From positions 682,001-746,000 of the forward strand of contig LSRY02000003.1 of assembly GCA_001643675.2 (NCBI GenBank): 64,000 nt of DNA, in the 5' to 3' direction. The notes under the pieces were generated by a model. The model was not told where the DNA came from. It ran no database searches and saw nothing but the letters and a program-made list of their open reading frames with translations. Below are positions 38,319-49,441 of this stretch, piece by piece. The position numbers were made by a program, and so were the translations under genes. How positions within the stretch are numbered: position 1 is the first letter of the stretch; every line of letters starts with the position of its first letter. The DNA is from Monocercomonoides exilis PA203 (lineage: Eukaryota; Protista; Preaxostyla).

Positions 38319-40054
38319 TTCTTGAAATATAGGTTCTCTTCTTTTATACACTTTATTAATTATAATATCCAAATAGAAAAATATTGAATAATATTTAATT
38401 TCTTAAGTTTATTTTTAAGACTTATCATATAATTCCTCATTAAATTATGTGTGGAACATTATTTTCAAATTTGTTAAAATTTCATGAGTATTTATTATTT
38501 CAATTTTCTTTCGTACTTTATAATTCATTTCATGTCAAAAATAATGCAATGATGACATCATCAATTAGTGGAACAAATAAATGTACTGATCGTTTGATTA
38601 GAGAAAAATTGAAACATGTTATTTTTAAAGATATTTTTTTCAAAAATCTCATACGATAAGGAATTTATTTTGAAAATTAAAAAATTTTTGTGAACGTGGA
38701 TTATTTCCTTGTTCTTTTGTCATTTGAATTTTCATTAATAAACAAATTGGTTATTCTTTTTGAAAAGTTCCAAATATTTAATATGTGTGATTAATTAAAC
38801 AAAACATAATTACATAATTTTTTAAAAATAAATCCATGACATTTTTTTTATTATCTGAATTATAATATAAAACTAATTTAATGTGAGATTATTGGAATCG
38901 TGGAGAAATTTGATGGATTTATTTCTAAAAATGATCAGTAAATGATCAGTTTTTTTAATTCCACATATTAAACATTTGCGACTTTTCGAAAAGAATTACC
39001 CAAATGTGGCAAAATATCACACATCAGGCTTTTTCGTTGAAAAATTATGCACCATGGATAAACTTTTTGTGAACAAAAAATGTTTATAAAACGAGTTCAA
39101 TTTTTGAAATACGTGCGAGGTCACATGACATCTTGTTCCAATGTCAATGATGTTTGTTAACGAATATGAAAACACAATTTATTTTGAAGTCTGAAAATAA
39201 ATAATAAAGCAATGAGCGAATCAAAAAATTTTTCTCCAATGTGAAAAATGTTTGAAAGTCCGTAATTCCTCTCTAATGCTCAATTCATTGAATTGATTAA
39301 TGAAATTTTCAAATACATACAGTCAAAACCTGAAATAATAACTTCTGTTTTTGCTCTTCTTTTAATGATTGCATCCGATTGAAATTGTGATAAATATAAC
39401 TCAATACAGAAAATGAAAAATTATTTTTATAATTAATTTTTGGTGCATAATAAGATTTTTAAAAAATTCGTAATAAGAAAGCGTTCATCACATTGGAGAA
39501 AAATTTTTTGATTCGCTCATTGCTTTATTATTTATTTTCAGACTTCAAAATAAATTGTGTTTTCATATTCGTTAACAAACATCATTGACATTGGAACAAG
39601 ATGTCATGTGACCTCGCACGTATTTCAAAAATTGAACTCGTTTTATAAACATTTTTTGTTCACAAAAAGTTTATCCATGGTGCATAATTTTTCAACGAAA
39701 AAGCCTGATGTGTGATATTTTGCCACATTTGGGTAATTCTTTTCGAAAAGTCGCAAATGTTTAATATGTGGAATTAAAAAAACTGATCATTTACTGATCA
39801 TTTTTAGAAATAAATCCATCAAATTTCTCCACGATTCCAATAATCTCACATTAAATTAGTTTTATATTATAATTCAGATAATAAAAAAAATGTCATGGAT
39901 TTATTTTTAAAAAATTATGTAATTATGTTTTGTTTAATTAATCACACATATTAAATATTTGGAACTTTTCAAAAAGAATAACCAATTTGTTTATTAATGA
40001 AAATTCAAATGACAAAAGAACAAGGAAATAATCCACGTTCACAAAAATTTTTTA

Positions 40055-41621
40055 GGCAAAGGGCTACTTTAAGGGTACCCAAATATCTTTATAAATAACG
40101 CTTCATTGAGATTCCAGTCTTTTTCATTCGTTTTATGGACAAATTCGTATTCATGATGATATAAAAAAAGTGTTTTTAAAATCACATAAATTTTAGAAAA
40201 AATGAATTAATAATGCAATAGTGATCCATTATTTTTCATGATCGAACCAGATAAATGCAAAAAGGAATCTATTTCATCAATGTTTCGAATATTTTTAGAC
40301 TTTCATTCAACCTGGAAATGGTTCTACGAGAAAGTGATGAATAATCAAAATGCAACTTGTCCAAAATGCGCTCGAAAAATGATCTTATGTAAAAAATCAA
40401 CATATGTCAAATTTTTCAAATGCAAAAAGTGCTCAATCAAACGTTCAGCATTCAAGAACACAGTTTTTTTCGGATCTCATCTGAAATTGAACCAAATTCT
40501 TCTTATTATTTTGATGTTGTGGATTGGTTTATCAGTTACTCAAATCAGACTGATCACAGATGTTACGAAATCTTCAATAGGATATTGGGGGAGTGTAATA
40601 AGAACAGTTGCAACAGAACTAATCAACAAACAAAATATTTCACTGGGTGGTGAAGGAGTTATTGTTCAAATTGATGAGGCAATATGGAGAAGGAGGAAGT
40701 ACAAAAGAGGGAGGAGGAAGAAACAAATATGGATTTTTGGAGCTATTGAAAAAAGAAGCGATAAAGATGAAGCAAAAAAACTAATTCAAATTGTTCCAAA
40801 TAGAAGCAAAAGAACATTGATTCCAATTATTGAAAAATATATTAAAAAAGGAACAGAAATACATAGTGATGAGTGGAAGGCATACAATTGCCTTGAAGAA
40901 ATCGGTTACATTCACAAAACTGTTTGTCACAAGCGTAATTATGTCGATCCAGATTCCAAAGCTTGTACAAACAAAATTGAAGGTTTTTGGAGCCATTTGA
41001 GGTCGTTTTTTCCTTCTCATGGGGTCAAAATTAAATTTTTACCTGATTATTTATCTCTTTTTTTGATTAAAAAAAGAAAGAATTATAATTTTGAACAGTT
41101 CATATTGGATATATCTCGATCTGATGAAATATTGAAAAAAAAAAGCAGAGATGAAATGAAATTGAAAATTATGCATGATGATGATGATACTGATGAAACA
41201 GATGAAACGGAAATGGAAATCGGAGAAAATATGTTGATTAATGAAAAGAAAAAGGAGAAAAAAAGAAAATATGAAGAAAGCGAAGATGATGTCCCAGATA
41301 TAGATGATATTTTGCCGAATATTAATGTTGACGATGATTCGACTTCGTCTTCTTCAGAAACATCTCAATATGAAGTTGGAGATGGTGGATCGGCTTCAGA
41401 ATGGAAAGAAGATTAAACAGAGAAATTTCCGAAATTGACCTTTTTAGATCACTTTTCTATTTTATGGTTCATTTCGTATTCAAAAATACATTCAAAACAA
41501 TAACATGATCATTTACATTTTTGTAAACTTTATTTCAGGTGTTTTGATAATATCAAAGTTAAATATTTCAAAACTAAATATATGATAAAATAAATAGGTA
41601 CCCCTAAAGTAGCATCTTGCC
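40055..41621 (+). mobile_element. Intact Merlin/IS1595-like DNA transposon (1567 bp)
   Basis: Imperfect ~25-31-bp TIRs (GGCAAAGGGCTACTTTAAGGGTACC / GGTACCCCTAAAGTAGCATCTTGCC). 8-bp TSD ATTTTTTA at 40047-40054 and 41622-41629. Empty site in the mirror arm near 38678-38685. Confidence 0.96.
40238..41416 (+). CDS. Merlin/ISXO2-like DDE transposase, 392 aa
   Basis: Zn-ribbon CPKC..CKKC, HTH region, VQIDEA, IHSDEWKAY, HKTVCH, TNKIEGFW; acidic C-terminal tail. Confidence 0.95.
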   Translation: MIEPDKCKKESISSMFRIFLDFHSTWKWFYEKVMNNQNATCPKCARKMILCKKSTYVKFFKCKKCSIKRSAFKNTVFFGSHLKLNQILLIILMLWIGLSVTQIRLITDVTKSSIGYWGSVIRTVATELINKQNISLGGEGVIVQIDEAIWRRRKYKRGRRKKQIWIFGAIEKRSDKDEAKKLIQIVPNRSKRTLIPIIEKYIKKGTEIHSDEWKAYNCLEEIGYIHKTVCHKRNYVDPDSKACTNKIEGFWSHLRSFFPSHGVKIKFLPDYLSLFLIKKRKNYNFEQFILDISRSDEILKKKSRDEMKLKIMHDDDDTDETDETEMEIGENMLINEKKKEKKRKYEESEDDVPDIDDILPNINVDDDSTSSSSETSQYEVGDGGSASEWKED

Positions 41622-41988
41622 ATTTTTTAATTTTCAAAATAAATTCCTTATCGTATGAGATTTTTGAAAAAAATATCTTTAAAAATAACATGTTTCAATT
41701 TTTCTCTAATCAAACGATCAGTACATTTATTTGTTCCACTAATTGATGATGTCATCATTGCATTATTTTTGACATGAAATGAATTATAAAGTACGAAAGA
41801 AAATTGAAATAATAAATACTCATGAAATTTTAACAAATTTGAAAATAATGTTCCACACATAATTTAATGAGGAATTATATGATAAGTCTTAAAAATAAAC
41901 TTAAGAAATTAAATATTATTCAATATTTTTCTATTTGGATATTATAATTAATAAAGTGTATAAAAGAAGAGAACCTATATTTCAAGAA

Positions 41989-42059
41989 GCATTAGTGGTA
42001 TAGGGGCAGCATGCTAGCCTTCCAAGCTAGCGACCCGGGTTCAAGTCCCGGCTAATGCA
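41989..42059 (+). tRNA. tRNA-Gly (TCC)
   Basis: GCATTAG/CTAATGC acceptor stem, anticodon arm CTAGC-CTTCCAA-GCTAG, GGTTCAAGTCC T arm, oligo-T Pol III terminator directly after. Confidence 0.96.
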
Positions 42060-42163
42060 CTTTTTGTTTTTCAAAATTTTTATTTAAAAATTTTTAAATA
42101 AGCGAAAAATGAGAATAATGTGCTTATCCTCCCAAATTCTGGACAATCATCAATTTCTATTGG

Positions 42164-42652
42164 ATGAAAAATTATTTATTGAAGGTTGAGTTAATTCAAA
42201 GCACTTTGATATTTTTGATAAAAAATTTTTTGTGAACCACATTTCAAAAATGTTTTTGAGATTAAAGGATTTTATCAAGCAATTAGACACACTTTTTAAC
42301 GAGACGAATGACGTTGGGTCAATAAACATCGTATTCAAGCGGCTGGGAGGTCCTCGCTTGGCTAAAGCTTTGAAAGGAAAAGAGGAAATTGATAAATTAC
42401 CTCATTCAGAAACACGATGCATTATCCACGCTAAAACACCAAAACATAAAATTTCAACCATCGTTTGATTAGGAATTTTCTCATTTTTGATTTTAACCTT
42501 TTATTATATTTGTATTACAAAAGATACCATTAAGCGAAGTTATTAATTTCCAGACTCAGTGGTCAACTCTTTTAAAAGAAAAGACGTCTTTGATGCAAAA
42601 GATGCAAAAGCAATCAGCTTCAAAGAAAAAAAAATCAGGAAAATCAAATTAA
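42164..42652 (+). CDS. SRP14: Signal recognition particle 14 kDa subunit (3 exons)
   Basis: Exons 42164-42184, 42268-42462, 42524-42652 give DFIKQLDTLF..GSINIVFKR..CIIHAK..KISTI..EVINFQTQWSTLLK plus a Lys-rich tail. Exon 1 is the least certain. Confidence 0.85.
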
Positions 42653-43389
42653 CACACTTTTTATTCAAAATTTGATTACTGATTGAGGTTTTTTTATTTT
42701 TGTGAAAAAACAATTTAAATATTTACCATTTCAGATTTTAGTGTTTATGATAAATATTTCGAAAAATTTGTAGAATGAGATGTATATCGAGTCGTTGGAG
42801 AGGTTTAGAATTGTTTTGAAAATGAGGATGCAAAAACCAATTTATCAATTAAAAACGTAGAAACAAAGGAAGAGGATAAACTAACATGGAATATATTTAT
42901 GAAATTGTTAAGTTGAAGACAACAAAAAGGATTATTTATGAAGAAAAATTTATTGTCCAGAATGTGAGAACTTGAAAGTTGTTGTTATTTCAAATGTGAA
43001 TCTACCATTTCAATATAACACAAATGCAAAATATACTAATTGATTGTGTGATATTATTGCTAATCTTTCAAAAATATAAGAATTCTAAAAATAAAAACTG
43101 CAACTATAAAACTACATCAATAATTAATCAGGCAATGAATGATTTGCCCTTTAAAAAAGATTGCACTTGGGCAATAACAATGCTGCAAATGCTAAAAGAT
43201 AAAGTATTAAAACAAGATTGCTACCTTTGCCCTTCAATCCAAAATTCAACTGAATGACATGAATGAAAGGTAGAAACTTTTGACAGACATACACATCAAA
43301 TAATCCACCATTTTTCCGTAATGACATTCCTTTCAATCTTGAAAGTAACACACTGAAAATTGTAATAATTATAATTATTAATCCAATAA

Positions 43390-43390
<1 letters not shown>

Positions 43391-43433
<43 letters not shown>
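43391..43433. repeat. 43-nt poly(A) tract
   Basis: Seen directly. Confidence 0.95.
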
Positions 43434-43434
<1 letters not shown>

Positions 43435-44156
43435 AACTGAAAAACGAGCAGACGCCATAAGAGAAGGTGCAAAAGAGTTGCATAACCTGCTTTTTGCTGT
43501 CAAATAAATAAAATAATAATAAATTTGTAATTATGTACGGAATAAGCTCTCAAGTGTTTGAATTAATAGGGTGGGACTGTGAAGATGAACGTGATGATGA
43601 AAGAAGAGAAAACGAGGAATTTTTGAGGATTTAAAGCAATTAAACTTGAAGAAATTGGAGCAAAAACAAGAAAGAGAAGGAGAAGTTAATGAATTGGGCA
43701 CAGAAATCGTAGAAAATAAGAAGCAGAAGAAGAATACGAGGAGTGTCTGAATAGAAGACAGAACCAGATGATGAAGAATAAACCGAGCTTTCGCCATATG
43801 CAAACATAACAGTCATTGAGGCATCAAAGAATAAGTGACAAGAAAGAAAGTGGTGAAGATGGTGACAAATCCCGAGATGAACTGAAAATAACGATAATAA
43901 TAATAACAATAATAAAATGGAGATATGAAATGAGAAAGAGGAAAAGAAGTAAGAGAAAGAAGATGATGAGGAGGAAGATGATGAGGAGGAAGATGATGAG
44001 GAAGATGACACTTTGGAGAATAAACGATGAAAAAAATTAAAGATTCAAAAGAAAAAAAATTATTAATAATAATAATAATAACTGGTAGATTCGATGTTTC
44101 CTAAACAGAAGGTTCAATTTGCTCAGCACTTCCAACCGTAACACTTATATTATCTT

Positions 44157-44235
44157 CTCTTTCTCTTTCTCTTTCTCTTTCTCTTTCTCTTTCTCTTTCT
44201 CTTTCTCTTTCTCTTTCTCTTTCTCTTTCTCTTTC
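44157..44235. repeat. (CTTTCT)n hexamer microsatellite
   Basis: Seen directly. Confidence 0.9.
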
Positions 44236-44290
44236 TTCTTCTTCTTCCATGTGCATTTGATCTTGCAGATGGATTGACCTCTTCTTCTTC

Positions 44291-47200
44291 TTATGAATCA
44301 TTCAATGCATCATTTTGAGAGCCATTCTGAATAATGACGGTACTTTGAATGATTCCACCTGATTCTCCAGAACTCTCTTGTGAAGGCTGCGCTCTTTCCA
44401 ACAATTCATTTGAAGACAATGAAGATGACAATGTCACTGAATGAGAACTGTCTCCATCTGAATGCACTTCCACAGAACGAGAAGTATCCAACATCCCAAT
44501 CACATCATCATTTGCAGCTCCAACTGAAACATGAGATTGATTCTGATTCGCAGAAAAAGCAGAAGATGAATTAGAAGCACGATGACTTGCCTGAATATCA
44601 GATGATGTTGATGTTTGATGTTGTAATGGTGATGAAGGCATCATTTCTATTTCCATCAGTTCTCGTGAGACTGCTCTGATGATTGATTCTGTTGTGGATA
44701 TCGATCGCCGATTGCGCATTCTCCTCTCTCTACGACTCAAAGAAGAAGAAGAAGAAGTTGAGGAAGTTGAGGAAGAGGAGGAAGAGGAAGAAGAAGAAGA
44801 AGAAATAGAAGTCGAAGTTGAAGATGAGGAAGAAGAAGTCGAAGCAGAAGAAGATGAAGCAGAAGACGAATCAGATGAACTTCCCGTGTTTCTATTAAGT
44901 GCTGATCCAACCTCTCCTGTTGATTGTGTTTGCACTGGGAGCATTGGAGGGAGAGGACGAATTGGACGAAGCGGAGAAAAGAAAGGTGGCTGAGGCCGAG
45001 CAGAGCCAATCATCGGAGCAGGTGCTCCGTTTGGGATGAACATCACTGGACGCACCACAGACAATCCTAATGGAGTGACATTCTGAGCATTAAACACACT
45101 CCCACTTGGAGAAGAAGAAGAAGAAGAAGAAGAAGCAGTAGAAGCAGGAGGATTAGCAGAAAAAGTAGCAGACATCTGAATGGGATGAGGATTGGGCTGA
45201 ACAGCTGGGTGCAATTGGCTGCGGGTGAATGGGTTTGGCTGAGGAGAAGCAAGTAGCTGTGGAGTTGGGATCAGAGGCATCACAGGAATTGATGCAATTG
45301 AAGGAGCTGAAGGAGCTGAAGGAGCTGATGATACTGATGATGTTGATGATGACATTTCTGGTATTGATTGCATTGCTGGTATCATTCCTCCGGCTCTCAT
45401 TCCACTTGCAAATGGTGCAGCAGCTGATGATGGAGTGCCAAGTGGATAAGTTGGCAGATAGAAATATCCAGCTGGTCTCATCGGAAACGGAGGATGTGAT
45501 GCTCCTGTGCTGTTTTGCATTCCAATTGTGAAGTTGCCAAAAAGTGGGGTATGCTCATCATTTGCATCACCCCTTCCACTTCTTCTTTCATTTTCACTTT
45601 CATTTTCATTCACATTGCTTCTGTCTCTGCTCAGATTGCTTGACAAATTGTTGTGTGATGTTGAATCTGCCTCGTCCGTCCCAGTTGTATTGTTCTCTCT
45701 TTGATTTTGTTGTTGCTGTTGTTCTTGATTTTGGATTGCGTTTGAGTTTGAGATTGGCTGTGAATGAGAAGAAGCCCGTTGAGACTCAACCTGTTCTGCA
45801 CTCTCAGGAACAGTCACTCGCCTCTCTTCTCCTTCTTCTTCATCCAGTACTGCCTCACCAGATCCACTTTGCCCTCTTTCCTCTTCCTCTTCCTCTTCTT
45901 CCTCCTCCTCAAACAGCGCAATTCGACGCACGCTGAACGAAGTATCATCATCTGGTGAATTCTTTCGAACATGACGGAAAGGCAAAGACCGCTCGCTCTT
46001 TGCAAACTCAATTTCTTCTTCCATTTCATTCGCCAATCTTTCACTCAACTCAGCCACGGTGATGTAATCAGTATTTCTGAGACTTTTCTGACTCTTTCCA
46101 CTTCTGCGGCTTCTGGCTAAAGAGGCAATTCTTTCTGAAGGTGCTCTTCTTTGAACATGCGACGTGTGCCTGGCAGTTCCTTCAGATGATGTTGCAACTG
46201 AAAGCAAACTCTTTTTTTCATTGCTATTCACAGCATCTTCCATTGCGACTGAAGCTTCTTCTCTTTCAGTCTCATCTCTATCACTTCGTCCTTTCCCTCT
46301 CCCTCTTCTTTTTCCTTTTTCTTTAACTTCTTGTTGACTCCCAGCTTTTAATGATGATGACGACGACGAAGAAGAAGATACAGTAGCTCCTCTTTTTCTT
46401 CTTCTGTCCTTTTCTCTTTTCAGATCTCTTTTATCATTTTTCACATCACCAATTTCATCAAAATCTTCTTTCTTTTCCTCTTCGCTTTCCATTTCTGCAT
46501 CATCCAACACATCGTCCAATACATTCCCCAGCACATCTTCCAACACCACATTTTCTTCCCCTTCTTCAGCAGCAACTTCTTCCTCTTTTCTTTTGTAATG
46601 TGTATTCTGCTTGAAGCACCTTTCCCCAAACGACAATTTTCTGCTTCCTCCTTTCTTACTCCTTCCTTTCTTGCCTTTCTTTCCCTTCCTTCCTTTCCTT
46701 CCTTTCTTCTTCTTCTTCTTCTTTTCACTTGAATCGCTAACAATATCAGGGCGTTCTGTTTCAAAAGCAATGGCATCAGATATCTCTTCATCGTATTCAT
46801 TTATCTTCTCCGCATAGTCTTTCATTCGGCGACTCCTCAACATCTGCCCAGTTGCTGTCACAATCACATCTTTTGCTCCAAACTCCATCGAATCCATGTC
46901 ATTTGCTATTGACGAAACAATATCATTCATCGTGTCATCATCAGCATTCTTCGAACTTCCGCTTCTTTGCTTCCTTCCTTTCTTTTTCTTTTGTGGATTA
47001 TTGCTTTGCTCTTCTGTTTGCGCAACTGCTTCAGCTCCCTCATTTCCTCCCTCTTCCACATTTTCAATAAAAATTTCTTTTTCTTTTTCTTTCTCTTCTC
47101 CATCAGTTGATTGCAATGCATTAGAAATTTCTGACAAAACAACATCTTCTTCCCCTGTGGCCGAAATCATCCTTTCCACATTTCTTCTTTCACACAAGCC

Positions 47201-49441
47201 TTCACTCAAAATACCTCCCAAATCGTTGCCCTTTCCGCTCTCTTCACATCTTTCGTTAGCTTCATTGCTGCTCAACACATTGTGCCCTTTAATTGAATCA
47301 GTCTTCAATTTCGATTTTGCCTTTGTCTTAGCTTTTGCTTTTGATTTTGTTTTAGCTTTGGTTTTAATTTTATATTTTGCAACTGGACTTGCTAATAATC
47401 CTTCTGAAGAAGAAGAAGAAGAAGAAGAAGAAGAAGAAGAAGAAGAAGAAGAAGAAGAAGAAGAAGAAGAAGATGTTGATAACAAACTTATTCTATGATG
47501 TTTATCTCTTCCAATTGAAACACCATCTTCACTCATATCTGCAGTACTGTCTTCATTGCTGTGTATGGATGGGTCATTCATCTCTTCTGCTGTGTGTGGC
47601 CCAGCCAATTCAGAGAGAGAAGAAATTGGCTGAATCGAAGAAAGCAGCGAAGTCGCAAAGGAAACAAACGGATAAGACGAATCTGAAGATGATTTGATTT
47701 CTGAAGACGGCTGCAGATGAGAGAAAGACGAGCTTTCATTGGCATTCCCTTCTCCTTTCACACTCGACAAGTTGGATGAGAGATGGCTGTGAAGAGACAG
47801 ATCAGAAGAAGATGAAGGAGAATGCGAAGATAAAGATGAAGAAGAAGACGCAGGATGTGTTTGAAGATGACTCTCGGAAGAAGATGCAAAAGACGCAGAA
47901 GGAACAGGAGGCAATGAAGATATAACAGATGTTCTGTCATTCTGCTCAGAAATGAATGAGTCTCCGCTGCTTCTTTGCAACTGCAGTTGTTCTGTCGTAT
48001 TCTGCAAGTGCCTGATCATCGAGGGAGAAATCATCCTGTTCAGATTTCTGCTGCCTCTTTTACCTCTCTGAATGGAAGGTCTGAAATCTGTGCTTGCAAA
48101 CACAGGAGACTCTGGCTGCTCAACTTCAGCGCTTTGGCTGTCGCTGCGGATGGAGTGAGACTCAGAGGAAATATTTGCTTCATTGTGCTTATTGAGAGAT
48201 GGCTGGTTGTCTTTGGATTGACTCATAAGTTCTTCTGAAGTTTGATCATTTGGTGTGTTGTTCTGCTTTTCTTCGTCTTTATCGTCGTCGTCTTCTTCTT
48301 TCTCTTCTTTTTCCTTTTCCTTTTCCTTCTTCTTCTCTTTCTCTTTATCATCTTTGTCATCATCACCACTGTTATTATTATTATTTCCATCATTGTTATC
48401 CTCCTTGTTATCTTCATTATCATTGCCATTGTTATCATCATTGCTGTTATTGTAACTATCACCTGATCCATTGTTGCTTCTGCTGCTGCCATCGCCTTCT
48501 CCTTCTCTCCTTCTCTCTCCCTCTCCTTCTCTTTCTCCCTCTCTTTCTCCCTCACCCTCACCTTCTCTTCCCTCTTCTCCGCCTTCATCATTCTGCTGCT
48601 TCCCCTCACGCGCATCCTGCGAATGCGTGCCGTCTTCTCCGTCTTCTTCTTCTCTTTTTCTTTCCCCTTCTCTTTCCTCTTCTCTTCCTTCACCATGTGA
48701 ATATGACTGTAATTGCAATTGCCCCTTTTCTGCTTGTTCTATCTGTGTTGCATGCACAGCAACAATTGGATAGTTCCTCTTGATAGGAATGCATCCCTCT
48801 TCAGATTCATATGCAATGGCATTTTTCATCCAAGGCGTCATTTTCATTGCAGCTCGCCTTTCGTTCCGCAAACTTTGTTCGTTGTCTCTTCTCTCTTCCA
48901 GCATTTTTTGACTGTCAGGAGTAATTTCCTCAGAAAGAACAGAATTGCTTGGCTGCTCTGTTTGCTCTACCTGCTCTGCTAATTCATCCAATGAATGTGT
49001 GCTGTTATGAGACTGAGATATTCTGGGCTCGGATGTTGAAATTCTTAAAGCAATCGAAGGAGGCTGCTGACACACTGAAATCATTTTCCTTGGGAAATCT
49101 CGTGTGTAATTTTTTTGATGCGATTCACTTCTTCCATTAAACTTCATGAAATCATCATCAAATCCCAAAGAAGAATCAGAAAGGATGTTATTGCGTTCTA
49201 AAAAAGAGGGTAATCTGAAAGAAAAGGGACTCGATCCTGAATCTTGCAAAAACAATAAGTCAGACTCTGAAAGATGCTGCTGATAAACCCAACAATGAGA
49301 AGAAGAAATTAAAGAAGAAGTCGTTGTAACATTTGATTGCGTTTGCTGCCGACCGCAAAAAAAGTTACCTTCAAAAGAAAATTGTTGTTCTATCTCTTTT
49401 TCAAACGATGGTAATGCGCCAACTAATGTAATTGAAGGCAA
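44291..49441 (-). CDS. Large low-complexity/disordered hypothetical protein (terminal exon >=1716 aa; 5' exons probably ~49.5-50.0 kb, unresolved)
   Basis: 5.1-kb ORF with Ser, acidic and Lys/Arg tracts; no ATG at the ORF start. Confidence 0.75.
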   Translation of the reverse strand: MPSITLVGALPSFEKEIEQQFSFEGNFFCGRQQTQSNVTTTSSLISSSHCWVYQQHLSESDLLFLQDSGSSPFSFRLPSFLERNNILSDSSLGFDDDFMKFNGRSESHQKNYTRDFPRKMISVCQQPPSIALRISTSEPRISQSHNSTHSLDELAEQVEQTEQPSNSVLSEEITPDSQKMLEERRDNEQSLRNERRAAMKMTPWMKNAIAYESEEGCIPIKRNYPIVAVHATQIEQAEKGQLQLQSYSHGEGREEEREGERKREEEDGEDGTHSQDAREGKQQNDEGGEEGREGEGEGEREGEREGEGERRREGEGDGSSRSNNGSGDSYNNSNDDNNGNDNEDNKEDNNDGNNNNNSGDDDKDDKEKEKKKEKEKEKEEKEEDDDDKDEEKQNNTPNDQTSEELMSQSKDNQPSLNKHNEANISSESHSIRSDSQSAEVEQPESPVFASTDFRPSIQRGKRGSRNLNRMISPSMIRHLQNTTEQLQLQRSSGDSFISEQNDRTSVISSLPPVPSASFASSSESHLQTHPASSSSSLSSHSPSSSSDLSLHSHLSSNLSSVKGEGNANESSSFSHLQPSSEIKSSSDSSYPFVSFATSLLSSIQPISSLSELAGPHTAEEMNDPSIHSNEDSTADMSEDGVSIGRDKHHRISLLSTSSSSSSSSSSSSSSSSSSSSSSSEGLLASPVAKYKIKTKAKTKSKAKAKTKAKSKLKTDSIKGHNVLSSNEANERCEESGKGNDLGGILSEGLCERRNVERMISATGEEDVVLSEISNALQSTDGEEKEKEKEIFIENVEEGGNEGAEAVAQTEEQSNNPQKKKKGRKQRSGSSKNADDDTMNDIVSSIANDMDSMEFGAKDVIVTATGQMLRSRRMKDYAEKINEYDEEISDAIAFETERPDIVSDSSEKKKKKKKGRKGRKGKKGKKGRSKKGGSRKLSFGERCFKQNTHYKRKEEEVAAEEGEENVVLEDVLGNVLDDVLDDAEMESEEEKKEDFDEIGDVKNDKRDLKREKDRRRKRGATVSSSSSSSSSLKAGSQQEVKEKGKRRGRGKGRSDRDETEREEASVAMEDAVNSNEKKSLLSVATSSEGTARHTSHVQRRAPSERIASLARSRRSGKSQKSLRNTDYITVAELSERLANEMEEEIEFAKSERSLPFRHVRKNSPDDDTSFSVRRIALFEEEEEEEEEEERGQSGSGEAVLDEEEGEERRVTVPESAEQVESQRASSHSQPISNSNAIQNQEQQQQQNQRENNTTGTDEADSTSHNNLSSNLSRDRSNVNENESENERRSGRGDANDEHTPLFGNFTIGMQNSTGASHPPFPMRPAGYFYLPTYPLGTPSSAAAPFASGMRAGGMIPAMQSIPEMSSSTSSVSSAPSAPSAPSIASIPVMPLIPTPQLLASPQPNPFTRSQLHPAVQPNPHPIQMSATFSANPPASTASSSSSSSSPSGSVFNAQNVTPLGLSVVRPVMFIPNGAPAPMIGSARPQPPFFSPLRPIRPLPPMLPVQTQSTGEVGSALNRNTGSSSDSSSASSSSASTSSSSSSTSTSISSSSSSSSSSSSTSSTSSSSSLSRRERRMRNRRSISTTESIIRAVSRELMEIEMMPSSPLQHQTSTSSDIQASHRASNSSSAFSANQNQSHVSVGAANDDVIGMLDTSRSVEVHSDGDSSHSVTLSSSLSSNELLERAQPSQESSGESGGIIQSTVIIQNGSQNDALNDS

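Larger units (their letters stand above)
37820..42487. repeat. Long inverted duplication: left arm 37820-39244, 243-bp spacer, right arm 39488-42487 (interrupted by a 1575-bp Merlin plus TSD)
   Basis: Mirror-identical ORFs (37839/42232, 37969/42150, 38447/41648) and tRNAs. Paired coordinates sum to 80307 outside the insertion and 78732 inside it; the difference is 1575. Confidence 0.95.

Noticed and set aside
38545-38595. Box C/D snoRNA (ATGATGA..CTGA)
   Set aside because: Too short, no terminal stem, and such motifs arise by chance in AT-rich DNA.
42700-44050. Small genes between SRP14 and the 1716-aa ORF
   Set aside because: Possible splice signals, but no coherent or recognisable protein could be built.
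44291-44293. TAA/TAG reassigned to Gln as in some oxymonads
   Set aside because: Conserved genes end in TAA at the expected positions, and multi-kb ORFs lack internal TAR codons.
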